Source: Corallococcus sp. AS-1-12 (lineage in GTDB: Bacteria; Myxococcota; Myxococcia; Myxococcales; Myxococcaceae). From it: 64,000 nucleotides of DNA. Shown piece after piece: positions 27,070 through 35,733 of the stretch (position 1 is its first letter; the number at the start of each line of letters is the position of its first letter). The notes below the pieces were generated by a model, which saw only the letters and a program-made list of their open reading frames with translations, was not told the DNA's origin and ran no database searches. Location of the stretch: contig NZ_JAIQDD010000010.1 of NCBI RefSeq assembly GCF_020036995.1, positions 225,433 to 289,432 of the forward strand, written 5' to 3'. Position numbers and translations under genes: made by a program.

Positions 27070-29688
27070 ATGGACTCGACTGAGTACGGTGGGCCGCGCA
27101 CCAACGCGGTGAAGGGGTTTGCCGGTAGGCTGGGCGCGCGCGCCTGCCTCACCCTGGTGGTCTGCGCACTGTCCCTCTTCGCGGTGGAGACGGCCCAGGC
27201 CCAGGAGGCCCAGGAGCCTGCCCCGAAGACGCGGACCAAGGCCGCCCGCAAGCGCGCGGCGGCCGCCGCGGGCGCGAAGGCCACGACGCCGGGCGCGAAG
27301 GCCGCCACGCCGGGCGCGAAGCCTCCGCGCACGGCGAAGACGCGCCGGGGCGCGAAGACGCCGCCCCCGCCGGTGGAGCCGGAGGTCATCCCGGCGGATG
27401 AGCCCACCCCGCAGGAGCCGGCGCTCGCCACCGAGCCGCCGCCCGCGGCGCCTCCCGCCCCCGTGGCCGGCCCCGGTCCGTCCGTGGCGGATCCGCTGCC
27501 CGTGGCCTCGCCGGCCTCCGCGTCGCCGTCCCCGTATGATGGGCCGCTGACCACGGACATCCCGTCCAACCCGCCGCCCGCGCCCGCGCTGGGTGCCGGC
27601 GCGGTGCTGCCGGCGTCGCAGCCGCGCATGGCGGACAACGTCCCGGACCGCGCGCCCTTCACGGAGCCCGCCTCCGACCGCGCGCTGCCGCCGCCCTCCA
27701 GCCTCTCCGGCCTGGACGGCCCGGACCTGGGCGGGGGCGACGACCTGGAGCAGAACATCAACATGGCGCTGAGCGAGGCCGTCGTCACCACGGCGTCCAA
27801 GCGCAGCCAGCGCATCTCCGACGTGCCCCTCACGGTGTCGTGGATCCCGGCGGAGGAGCTGGAGGGCACCGGCCAGTTCTCGCTCTGCGAGGCCATCCAG
27901 TACTTCCCCGGCATGGAGTGCCGCCGGGGCTCCATGCGCAAGGCGGCGGTGAGCGCGCGCGGCCTGGGCTCCAACTACCTGTCCAACCGCCTGCTGCTCC
28001 TCAAGGATGGCCGTCCGCTGACGGACCCCTGGACGGGCCAGTTCTACGCGGATGAGACGACGCCGCTCACCAACCTGAAGCAGGTGGAGGTGATTCGCGG
28101 CCCGGGCTCCTCGCTCTACGGCTCCAACGCCTTCAGCGGCGTCATCAACATCATCGAGCGCCAGCCCGCGGACCTCATCGCCAAGGGCCAGAACGTGGGC
28201 GCCGACGCGCGCATCCTCGCGGGCCAGGACAAGACCTGGCGCCTGCAGACCAACGTCGCCGGCCGCGGCGGCCCGGTGGAGGCGCTGCTCGGCTACTACG
28301 GCTTCGGCTCGGACGGCCCGCAGCTCTTCAACAACCCGCAGCTCGGCCAGACGGACACCAACGAGGACTCGCTGGTCCACCAGGTGAACGGCAAGGTCCG
28401 CGTGGGGCCGCTCGCGCTGGACGCGGACTTCACGGACGGCAACATCGGCCGGCCCGGCGGGCAGAACATCTCCACCGTGGGCAACTGCGGCCGCTGCCAC
28501 TACACCGCGCAGGACAACGAGCACGTCCAGAACCTGAACGCCGCCCTGCAGTTGGATCAGCAGGTGACGGACAACGTGCGCGTGTTCGCCCAGGGCTACG
28601 CCTTCTTCAAGCGCCGCAACGTGACGCTGGAGAATGAGATCACCGGCGCGCTGGAGGACACGCTGGGCAAGCGCAGCCGCCTGGGCGGTGAGGCGCGCGC
28701 GCTGTTCTCCCTGGACAAGCTGTCCGTCACCGTCGGCGGCGACGTGAAGGCCGACCAGGTGAACAACCAGAACATCCTGCCCGGCCTGACCCTGGACGAC
28801 ACGAAGCAGACCATCCTGGGCGGCTTCGTGGACGCCGAGTACCGCGTCACGGACCGGCTGGTGGTGGGCGCGGGCGCCCGCTACGACAACTACCAGATCC
28901 CCTCCAGGGTCTGGGAGGCGAAGACGGATCAGATCTCCCCGCGCGCCAGCGTGGTGTTCCACGCCATCCCGGAGCTGCTCACGCTGCGCACCAACTACGG
29001 CCGCGCCTTCCGCGCGCCCACGCTGGCGGAGCTGGCCATCAACCAGCAGATGTACGCCGCGACGCTCTTGGGCAACCCGGCCCTGCGCGCGGAGACGCTG
29101 GACACGGTGGAGGCGGCGGTGGACTTCTGGCCGCTGGACCGCAGGGTGCGCCTGACGGGCACGGGCTTCTACAACCGCGCCCGGAACTTCATCAACCAGG
29201 AGCTGCTCTTCGGCTCCACGTCCCAGTTCAAGAACCTGGGCGACGCGCGCGTGGCGGGCTTCGAGGCCGAGGCCGCGGCGCAGGTGCCGTCCATCAACTC
29301 GTCCTTCGACGTGGCCTACCAGTTCCTGGACGCCCAGGCGCTGCCGGTGGGCGGCGGGGCCGGCTACCCGCTGGACTACGCGCCCACCCACCGCGTCTAC
29401 CTGCGCGGCCGCACCAACATCGGCAAGTTCGCCTTCGTGGAGCTCTACGGCCTGTTCGTGGGCGCCCGGTATGATCCGGGCTTCGTGGTGGACGAGAACG
29501 CCGGCACCACCACCCGCGTGAAGCTGCCCAGCTACATCACCGCGACCGCGCGCGTGGGCTTCAACGTCCACGAGCGCGTGGCGGTGTCCCTGCTGGGGAC
29601 CAACCTCTTCAACGCGAAGTACGAGGAGTCCCACGGCTTCCCCGCCCCGCCGCTGGGCGTCTTCACCGAAGTCCGGCTCCATTATTAG
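27070..29688 (+). CDS. TonB-dependent outer-membrane receptor with a ~230-aa Pro/Ala/Lys-rich N-terminal extension
   Basis: Signal peptide and low-complexity linker with GAKA(T/A)TP repeats, a plug domain (SKRSQRISDVPLTVSWI; IRGPGSSLYGSNAFSGVINI) and a 22-strand barrel ending in ...EVRLHY. Confidence 0.85.
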   Translation: MDSTEYGGPRTNAVKGFAGRLGARACLTLVVCALSLFAVETAQAQEAQEPAPKTRTKAARKRAAAAAGAKATTPGAKAATPGAKPPRTAKTRRGAKTPPPPVEPEVIPADEPTPQEPALATEPPPAAPPAPVAGPGPSVADPLPVASPASASPSPYDGPLTTDIPSNPPPAPALGAGAVLPASQPRMADNVPDRAPFTEPASDRALPPPSSLSGLDGPDLGGGDDLEQNINMALSEAVVTTASKRSQRISDVPLTVSWIPAEELEGTGQFSLCEAIQYFPGMECRRGSMRKAAVSARGLGSNYLSNRLLLLKDGRPLTDPWTGQFYADETTPLTNLKQVEVIRGPGSSLYGSNAFSGVINIIERQPADLIAKGQNVGADARILAGQDKTWRLQTNVAGRGGPVEALLGYYGFGSDGPQLFNNPQLGQTDTNEDSLVHQVNGKVRVGPLALDADFTDGNIGRPGGQNISTVGNCGRCHYTAQDNEHVQNLNAALQLDQQVTDNVRVFAQGYAFFKRRNVTLENEITGALEDTLGKRSRLGGEARALFSLDKLSVTVGGDVKADQVNNQNILPGLTLDDTKQTILGGFVDAEYRVTDRLVVGAGARYDNYQIPSRVWEAKTDQISPRASVVFHAIPELLTLRTNYGRAFRAPTLAELAINQQMYAATLLGNPALRAETLDTVEAAVDFWPLDRRVRLTGTGFYNRARNFINQELLFGSTSQFKNLGDARVAGFEAEAAAQVPSINSSFDVAYQFLDAQALPVGGGAGYPLDYAPTHRVYLRGRTNIGKFAFVELYGLFVGARYDPGFVVDENAGTTTRVKLPSYITATARVGFNVHERVAVSLLGTNLFNAKYEESHGFPAPPLGVFTEVRLHY
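27277..27360 (+). repeat. Imperfect 21-bp periodic repeat encoding GAKA(T/A)TP / GAKPPRT / GAKTPPP in the TBDT N-terminal extension
   Basis: ggcgcgaaggccacgacgccg ggcgcgaaggccgccacgccg ggcgcgaagcct... seen directly. Confidence 0.6.
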
Positions 29689-29696
29689 GGCCCTGT

Positions 29697-30539
29697 TTGG
29701 ATACCGTCGCCGCCGTGAAGGATGCTCCCCTGAAGTTGACGCCGGACACGACGCTCACGCCGGAGGCGCTGGAGAAGGCCTCCGGGGTGCTGGCCCGGGA
29801 CGGCCTGTTGTTGGGGCGCGGTGACGACGCGGCGCCGCGGCTGGTGCTGTTCGACGGGCGGTTCACCCCCGCCCACGCCGAGCTCCTGGAGCGCCGTCCC
29901 CCGGCGCTGCTGCTGGCCACCCGCGAGGGCGGCCAGCCGTCCGCCTGGGAGGCGCGGTTGCTCAGCGCGCTCCTGCGCGGCGAGCCCATGATCCCCCAGG
30001 AGGCCGCCACGTCCGTGGCGTGGCTGGGCAGCGTGGCGGAGGTGACGGCCGTGGGCGAGCGCGCGGCCGAGGCCGTCCTCCAGGCCGGCGGCTCCAAGGG
30101 CGCGGCCAGCCGCGTGGCGGATGTCGTCCATGAGATTGGTGTGAACGCCCTGCTCGACGCGCCAGTGGACGGAAGCGGCGAGCCGAAGTACGCCCACCGG
30201 CGTGGCCAGGTGCAGTCGGTGGCGGAAGAGGATCGCTGCCTGGTGTCCTGGGCGGTGGCGGACGGCCGGGCCTGGCTGGAGGCGACGGATCGCTTCGGCC
30301 GCCTGTCGGTGTCACCGCTGGTGCGGGTGGTGAAGGCGTGGGGTGAGAAGGCGCAGGTGGATGCTTCGGGTGGTGGCGCGGGCCTGGGCCTGCGGCGCAT
30401 CCTGGAGCACAGCGACGCAGTGGCGGTGCGGGTGAGTCCGGGAAAGCGCACGCAGTTCGCCTGCGGGGTGGATCTGGGAGACGCTCGCCGCCGGGCCGCG
30501 CAGCCCAAGTCGCTGCTGTTCTGTCTGGAACGAGGGTAG
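29697..30539 (+). CDS. Hypothetical protein. Its C-terminal region has weak GHKL-ATPase-like G-box features (GGGAGLGLRRIL), so it is possibly an RsbW-like serine kinase/anti-sigma-type protein.
   Basis: Eight nt after the TBDT stop and 4 nt before the STPK start. TTG/GTG start. The domain call rests on motif resemblance only. Confidence 0.5.
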   Translation: MDTVAAVKDAPLKLTPDTTLTPEALEKASGVLARDGLLLGRGDDAAPRLVLFDGRFTPAHAELLERRPPALLLATREGGQPSAWEARLLSALLRGEPMIPQEAATSVAWLGSVAEVTAVGERAAEAVLQAGGSKGAASRVADVVHEIGVNALLDAPVDGSGEPKYAHRRGQVQSVAEEDRCLVSWAVADGRAWLEATDRFGRLSVSPLVRVVKAWGEKAQVDASGGGAGLGLRRILEHSDAVAVRVSPGKRTQFACGVDLGDARRRAAQPKSLLFCLERG

Positions 30540-30543
30540 GCGG

Positions 30544-33500
30544 GTGGAGAGCCAAACTTCCAATGCCAGCATCACCTCCCTGCGCGTGGGCAGTCTGACC
30601 CACGTGCGCGTGGCCGGGGTGATCGACGAAACCTTCCCCCTCTCCCCAGCCTCCAAGGGCCTCCAGGGCCTGGTGGTGGTGGACCTGGGCCTGGTCGAGC
30701 GCATCAGCTCCTTCGGCGTGCGCCGGTGGATTGAGTTCGCCGGCCACCCGCCGCAGGGCGTGTCGGGGCTGTACGTCGTCAACGCGCCGCCGGTGGTGGT
30801 GGATCAGCTCAACATGGTGGAGGGCTTCGCGGGCGTCGCGCGCGTGCTCTCGCTGCTGGCGCCGTACTCGTGCCGCTTCTGCAAGGAGGACCGGCTGCGG
30901 CTGGTGCGCCTGGTGGAGGAGGCGAAGGTGCTGGAGCAGGGCGGGGCCCCGCCGCACCAGTGCCCCGTGTGCGCCCAGCCGCTGGAGTTCGCGGACGAGC
31001 CCACGGAGTTCTTCGACTTCGCGCGCCGCCAGCAGTTCTCCGCGGTGGACCCGGCGGTGCTGCGCTACCTGCGCTCCGGCATCCCCTCGGAGCCGTCCGA
31101 GCTCTCGTCGCACCTGAAGATCATCCAGGACGACATCACCTTCATCACCCTGGCCAGCACGCTCAAGGGCGACCTGAACGTGCGCCGGCTGGCGTCCGGC
31201 CTGGAGGGGCGCGTCGCGTTCGACTGCTGCCACGTGAGCGTGGTGGAGCCGGAGGCGCTGCCGCGCATCGAGCAGGTGCTGGAGGTGGCGTCGCAGGGCG
31301 CCCAGGTGGTGCTCTGCCGCGTGCCGCCGCCGCTGTTGGCCGTGCTGGCGAAGTCCACCAAGACGCTGCCCGCGAAGCTGGCCACGCTGTGGCTGCCGTG
31401 CGACTGCCGCAACTGCGGCCAGGTCACCCACCAGCGCATCCAGACCTCCGAGTACCTGGAGGTGCTGCGCTCCAAGGGCACCATGGAGCGCGTGTGCCCC
31501 GTCTGCGGCGGCAGCGCCCGGGCTCCGGCGCTCTCGCAGTTCCAGGGGCTGCTCGCGCGCACGCCGCTCACCGACAAGCCGCTGGACGACATCGAGGCGC
31601 TGGAGCAGCGCGCCCTCAGCCAGTACCTCTTCGGCTCCACCAACCAGGACCCCGGCGCCAAGGGCACGTCCGCCACGGACACGCACAACAGCGGCGCGCG
31701 GCTGCAGATCATCCGCCGGCTGGGGCAGGGCGGCATGGCGGAGGTCTTCCTCGCCAAGCAGCAGGGCGTGAAGGGCTTCGAGAAGTTCGTCGTGATGAAG
31801 AAGATTCTCGCGCAGTTCGCGGAGAATCCTGAGTTCGTCGACATGCTCTTCGCGGAGGCCCGCGCCAACGCGCGCCTCACGCACCCCAACGTCGTGCAGA
31901 CCTTCGACGTGGGCGTGACGGACGGCGTGGCGTACATCCTGATGGAGTACGTGCGCGGCCCGGACCTGAAGCGCCTGCTCACGGAGCTGCGCCGCAAGGG
32001 CATGGCGCTGCCGCTGGAGCACGCGCTGCGCATCGTGGCGGAGGTGGCCGCGGGCCTGCACTACGCGCACAGCTACGTGGACCCGTCCGGCACGGCGCAC
32101 CCGGTGGTGCACCGCGACGTCAGCCCCCACAACGTGTTGGTGTCGCTGGACGGCGCCATCAAGCTGTCGGACTTCGGCATCGCCAAGGTGCAGGGCGAGG
32201 AGCACACGCAGGCGGGCGTCATCAAGGGGAAGATCTCCTACCTCTCCCCGGAGGCCGCCAGCGGCCGCCCGCTGGACTGGCGCAACGACGTGTTCGCGCT
32301 GGGCGTGGTGCTCTTCGAGCTGCTCACCGGCCAGTTGCCGTTCCGCCGGGACCATGACGCGGCCACGCTCGCGGCCATCGTGCGCGAGCCCGCGCCGGTG
32401 CCCTCGCAGTTGCGGCCCCACATCCCGCAGGACGTGTCGGACCTGATCCTCCGCGCGCTGGTGAAGGACCCGGCGCGGCGCACGCCCTCCGCGGCGGCGA
32501 TGCGCGAGGAGATCGAAGCCGTCATCGCGCACCACCGGCTGTCCTCGTCGCCCGCGTCGGTGGCGCAGTTCTTCAAGGAGGCGCTGGGTGACCGGCTCTC
32601 CGAGTACGCGCCGTCGTCCATCGCCGGCTCGGGGACGGGCTCCAACCCCCGGGCTCTGATGCCGGGCACGGGCTCGCACTCGCGCAACCTGGGCACGGGC
32701 TCCGGCAGCGACATGCGGGCCCCGTCGGACCTGTCCCGGCCGCCCGTGCGCGGCGGCTCCGGCAGCATGCCCCGCATGGAGCCGCCCCCGGTGGCCTCCC
32801 CGCCGGAGCCCGCCGAGCGCGGGACCGAGGTCGTCTCCGTCTCCTCGCCGCCCGTGGCCTCGCCTCCGGTGGCCCCGCCCGTGGCCGCCGCGCCCCGTCC
32901 GTCGCGCCCGGCCGCGGCTCCGCCCACGTCGCCGCTGCCGCCGCCCTCCGCGGTGCGCCCCGCCGCGTCCGCCAACGTGCCCACGCGCGTGGGCCCCCCG
33001 CCGCAGGCGCCCGCGCGCCCGTCGGTGTCGGTGCCCTCCGTCGCCCCCATGACCGCGGCCCCGCCGCCGCCCCCTGTGTCCGCCATGCCGCCCCCGCCGC
33101 CGCATGGGGGCACCCACGCGCAATACGGGGTCGCCCACGTGCAGCAGGGAGGCGCGCCGCCGCCGCAGGCAGGTGCCTACGCACCCCAGGGAGGCGCTTC
33201 GCAGTCGCAGGCAGGTGCCTACGCCCCACAGGGAGGCGCTTCGCAGCCGCAGGCAGGTGCCTACGCGCAGCAGGGAGGCGCTTCGCAGCCGCAGGCAGGT
33301 GCCCACGCGCCGCAAGGGGGCTCTCCGCGGACGTCAGGCACCCACGCGCCGCCGACGACGGGCACCCACGCCGCCTATGGGGGGAGCCATCCCTCGTCCG
33401 TGGCCGCGCCGCCGCCGCCTGTCTCGGCGCCCATGGCCCCGCCCGCGCGGGCGCCAGCGGCCCACGTGGCCCCGCCGCCGGCTCCCGTCCACGCGGTCTC

Positions 33501-34041
33501 CCCCACGGCTCAAGCGCCCGCCGCCGAAGCGACGGCGAAGGGGCTGACGCCCGGCCAGCGCAAGGGGCTCATCGTGGGCGGCGTGGCCCTGGTGCTCGCG
33601 GGGCTCGCGCTGGTGTTCCTGCTGCCCAAGGGCGGCGTGGAGGTGCGCAACGCCCAGGAGGGTGAGCGCGTCTACGTGTCCGGTGTCCTGCTGGACGCGA
33701 ACCAGGGCCTGCCCGAGGGCAACGCCGGCTGGCTCATCTCCACGGCCGTGGACGGCAAGCTGCACCGCTTCGGCAAGGTGCCGAGGTCGGAGCACATCGA
33801 CCTGCGCACGCTCGCGGACGCCCCGCCCCAGGCGGAGGCCCGGGGCACGCTCAGCGTCACCGGCGCCCAGGGCTGCCGCGTCGCGCTGGGCTCGCAGGTG
33901 CTGGAGGGCCAGACGCCCCTGTCCAGCCAGATGCCCGCGGGCCGCGAGTTCGAGGTGCGCGTCACCTGTGGCGGCAAGCCGGACCTCGTCCGCTGGGTGA
34001 TGGCCGTCCCGGGACAGGGCGTCGCGCTGGACGTGCCCTGA
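30544..34041 (+). CDS. Hanks-type Ser/Thr protein kinase. Domain order is two N-terminal STAS-like domains each followed by a CxxC...CxxC zinc-ribbon, a kinase domain, a ~330-aa Pro/Ala/Gln-rich disordered region with tandem repeats, a TM helix and a C-terminal extracytoplasmic domain.
   Basis: Kinase subdomains GQGGMAEVFLAK, VMKK, HRDVSPHNVL, DFGIAK and SPE. Duplicated STAS-like and Zn-ribbon units at aa 1-190 and 190-340. Single TM GLIVGGVALVLAGLALVFLL near the C-terminus. Confidence 0.85.
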   Translation: MESQTSNASITSLRVGSLTHVRVAGVIDETFPLSPASKGLQGLVVVDLGLVERISSFGVRRWIEFAGHPPQGVSGLYVVNAPPVVVDQLNMVEGFAGVARVLSLLAPYSCRFCKEDRLRLVRLVEEAKVLEQGGAPPHQCPVCAQPLEFADEPTEFFDFARRQQFSAVDPAVLRYLRSGIPSEPSELSSHLKIIQDDITFITLASTLKGDLNVRRLASGLEGRVAFDCCHVSVVEPEALPRIEQVLEVASQGAQVVLCRVPPPLLAVLAKSTKTLPAKLATLWLPCDCRNCGQVTHQRIQTSEYLEVLRSKGTMERVCPVCGGSARAPALSQFQGLLARTPLTDKPLDDIEALEQRALSQYLFGSTNQDPGAKGTSATDTHNSGARLQIIRRLGQGGMAEVFLAKQQGVKGFEKFVVMKKILAQFAENPEFVDMLFAEARANARLTHPNVVQTFDVGVTDGVAYILMEYVRGPDLKRLLTELRRKGMALPLEHALRIVAEVAAGLHYAHSYVDPSGTAHPVVHRDVSPHNVLVSLDGAIKLSDFGIAKVQGEEHTQAGVIKGKISYLSPEAASGRPLDWRNDVFALGVVLFELLTGQLPFRRDHDAATLAAIVREPAPVPSQLRPHIPQDVSDLILRALVKDPARRTPSAAAMREEIEAVIAHHRLSSSPASVAQFFKEALGDRLSEYAPSSIAGSGTGSNPRALMPGTGSHSRNLGTGSGSDMRAPSDLSRPPVRGGSGSMPRMEPPPVASPPEPAERGTEVVSVSSPPVASPPVAPPVAAAPRPSRPAAAPPTSPLPPPSAVRPAASANVPTRVGPPPQAPARPSVSVPSVAPMTAAPPPPPVSAMPPPPPHGGTHAQYGVAHVQQGGAPPPQAGAYAPQGGASQSQAGAYAPQGGASQPQAGAYAQQGGASQPQAGAHAPQGGSPRTSGTHAPPTTGTHAAYGGSHPSSVAAPPPPVSAPMAPPARAPAAHVAPPPAPVHAVSPTAQAPAAEATAKGLTPGQRKGLIVGGVALVLAGLALVFLLPKGGVEVRNAQEGERVYVSGVLLDANQGLPEGNAGWLISTAVDGKLHRFGKVPRSEHIDLRTLADAPPQAEARGTLSVTGAQGCRVALGSQVLEGQTPLSSQMPAGREFEVRVTCGGKPDLVRWVMAVPGQGVALDVP
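33165..33320 (+). repeat. In-frame 48-bp tandem repeat (~3.3 copies) inside the STPK low-complexity region, encoding (Q)AGAYAPQGGASQ(S/P)Q
   Basis: gcaggcaggtgcctacgc(a/c)cc(c/a)cagggaggcgcttcgcag(t/c)cg repeated head-to-tail. Confidence 0.8.
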
Positions 34042-34097
34042 GCCGGACAGGATGACCCCGGGCCGGGGGAACGCCGCTGACACAGCGGCCCCTCCGG

Positions 34098-34403
34098 TCA
34101 GTCGTGGGTGCCCACGTGCAGGTCGCCGTGGCGCACGCAGACCCAGTGGAAGGCGCACGAGCACGCCACCGCGCGCGCGTGCGTGCAGCAGCGCCCCCCG
34201 AAGTCCTCCGGCAGCAACTCGCGCTCCAGCGCTGGCGGGTCGGGCAGCTCCCTGGGGGCGCCCCTCCCGGAGTCCGCGGGCACGCTGCCGCAGCAGCCGC
34301 GCTGGAGGCAGCCAGCGCACAGGGACAATTCGCAGTGCGCGCACCAGTCGAACACCTCTCCGGCGGTGCCACGGCGCTCACAACCTCCACAGGCGTCGAA
34401 CAT
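34098..34403 (-). CDS. Small Cys-rich putative zinc-binding protein (101 aa); speculative
   Basis: It is the C-terminal part of long ORF 34098..35321, starting at the ATG at 34401-34403. It has 14 Cys arranged as CxxC pairs (CGGC, CAHC, CAGC, CC) and is convergent with the STPK. No homolog recognised. Confidence 0.3.
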   Translation of the reverse strand: MFDACGGCERRGTAGEVFDWCAHCELSLCAGCLQRGCCGSVPADSGRGAPRELPDPPALERELLPEDFGGRCCTHARAVACSCAFHWVCVRHGDLHVGTHD

Positions 34404-34646
34404 GGACGGCCTCCTCGCTTGCTTGTGAAGGACGGTAGAGCAGGGGTCCGACATCACGGGTCGTGCGGGGACGTCTGGCGCTCCGGGAGGAGGGAAGCGA
34501 TGGCTGGCCGACGCTCGCGCCACGCACCTTCCACGGGTGGACGGGAGGGAGGACGCACGCCGGTCCGTGAGCCCTTGCGGCGTTGGCCGGGGATTCGCAT
34601 GGAACAGGGGCTCACGTAGTTCCAGTTTTTCGGGGAGGACGCAGTC

Positions 34647-35177
34647 ATGCGCAGACACCGCCGCATCATCGGAGTGTTCGGCTCCGGGGCGAACTCCCAC
34701 GAGGAGTGGGTCGTCCCCCTGGCGCGGTGGATCGCGGAGGCCGGGTTCGACCTGCTCACCGGCGCGGGCGGCGGCGTCATGAGCGCGGCGGCGGGCGCCT
34801 TCGTCCAGGTGGAGGGGCGGCGGGGGGCGGCCATCGGCATCATCCCCGGCACGGTGGGCCCGGACGGCCGCTACCAGCCCCGGCCCGGCTACCCGAACAC
34901 GGACATCGAGATCCCCATCTACACGCACCTGCCGCTCAGCGGGGAGCAGGGCACGGACCCCATGAGCCGCAACCACATCAACGTGCTGACGCCGCACGCG
35001 CTGGTGGCGCTGCCCGGGGGCGCCGGCACCGCGGCGGAGGCCTCCCTGGCCCTGCGCTATGGCAAGCCGCTCATCCTGCACGGCCCAACGGAGGTGTTCC
35101 GGCGCTTCCCGGCGGAGGCCGAGCGCACCACCTCCCTGGAGCGGGTGGCCGAGTTCCTCCTGGCCGCCACCCGGTAG
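34647..35177 (+). CDS. TIGR00725/LOG-SLOG-family Rossmann-fold protein (DprA-like fold, predicted nucleotide-binding)
   Basis: GVFGSG...GGGxGxM pattern (IGVFGSGANSHEE; LLTGAGGGVMSAAAGA). A good RBS GGGGAGGA lies 8 nt upstream of the ATG. Confidence 0.75.
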   Translation: MRRHRRIIGVFGSGANSHEEWVVPLARWIAEAGFDLLTGAGGGVMSAAAGAFVQVEGRRGAAIGIIPGTVGPDGRYQPRPGYPNTDIEIPIYTHLPLSGEQGTDPMSRNHINVLTPHALVALPGGAGTAAEASLALRYGKPLILHGPTEVFRRFPAEAERTTSLERVAEFLLAATR

Positions 35178-35310
35178 GCGGCAGGCGGGCTGAAGCAGGG
35201 CCTGGCCGGGGGGAAGCCACCCCACGGGGTGGCAAAAGATTCTAGGATGGACGGCACGGGGAAGGGCGTGCACCGCGCGCGCACGCCCGGCACCCGTCAC
35301 GTCCGCCATC

Positions 35311-35715
35311 ATGCTCATCAACCCCGACTATCCGCTGGCCAGTTGGTTCCTCGCGGTCTCCACCTCGGTCTTCCTGGTCGTCTACGCGCTGCCGCTGCTG
35401 TTCATCCCGCTGCGCTGGGCGCGCTGGTTCGGGTGGGAGCTGCCCACGGGCAACAACGACTTGACGGTCTACTTCGCGCGCTGCCTGGGCGGCCTGGCGC
35501 TGTCCGTCATCATCGCGGTGGTGCAGTTCATCCCGGACCCCAGGAGCCACCTGGTCATCTTCGAGCTCATCGGCCTCATTGGCGGCCTGATGACGGCGGT
35601 GCACATCTGGGGCGCGCTGAAGAAGCAGCAGCCCTGGCTGGAGACGGCGGAGATCCCCCTCTACGGCGCCATGTGCCTGGGCGCCCTGTACCTGCGCTAC
35701 GCGCACCTGTCCTGA
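35311..35715 (+). CDS. Small integral membrane protein (4 predicted TM helices), hypothetical
   Basis: Hydrophobic 134-aa ORF, codirectional with and 18 nt upstream of the large cyclase gene. Confidence 0.55.
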   Translation: MLINPDYPLASWFLAVSTSVFLVVYALPLLFIPLRWARWFGWELPTGNNDLTVYFARCLGGLALSVIIAVVQFIPDPRSHLVIFELIGLIGGLMTAVHIWGALKKQQPWLETAEIPLYGAMCLGALYLRYAHLS

Positions 35716-35733
35716 GCGGAAAGCCCTTCAAGG

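Noticed and set aside
33100-33560. Repeat-dense stretch inspected as a possible CRISPR-like or minisatellite element
   Set aside because: The repeats are in frame, lack spacers, and encode low-complexity Gln/Ala/Pro sequence inside a continuous kinase ORF.
35228-35243. Shared motif GGTGGCAAA(A/G)GAT upstream of two membrane-protein genes (also at 42453-42467); considered as a sigma-54 (-24 TGGCA) promoter or common operator
   Set aside because: There is no properly spaced -12 TTGC element. A single shared 9-12-mer has a non-negligible chance occurrence given how many k-mers I scanned by eye.
34404-35321. Remainder of the 407-aa minus-strand ORF 34098..35321
   Set aside because: It overlaps the well-supported TIGR00725-family gene (34647..35177 +), which has an RBS and conserved motifs. 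Only its C-terminal Cys-rich 101 codons are kept, as a low-confidence candidate.
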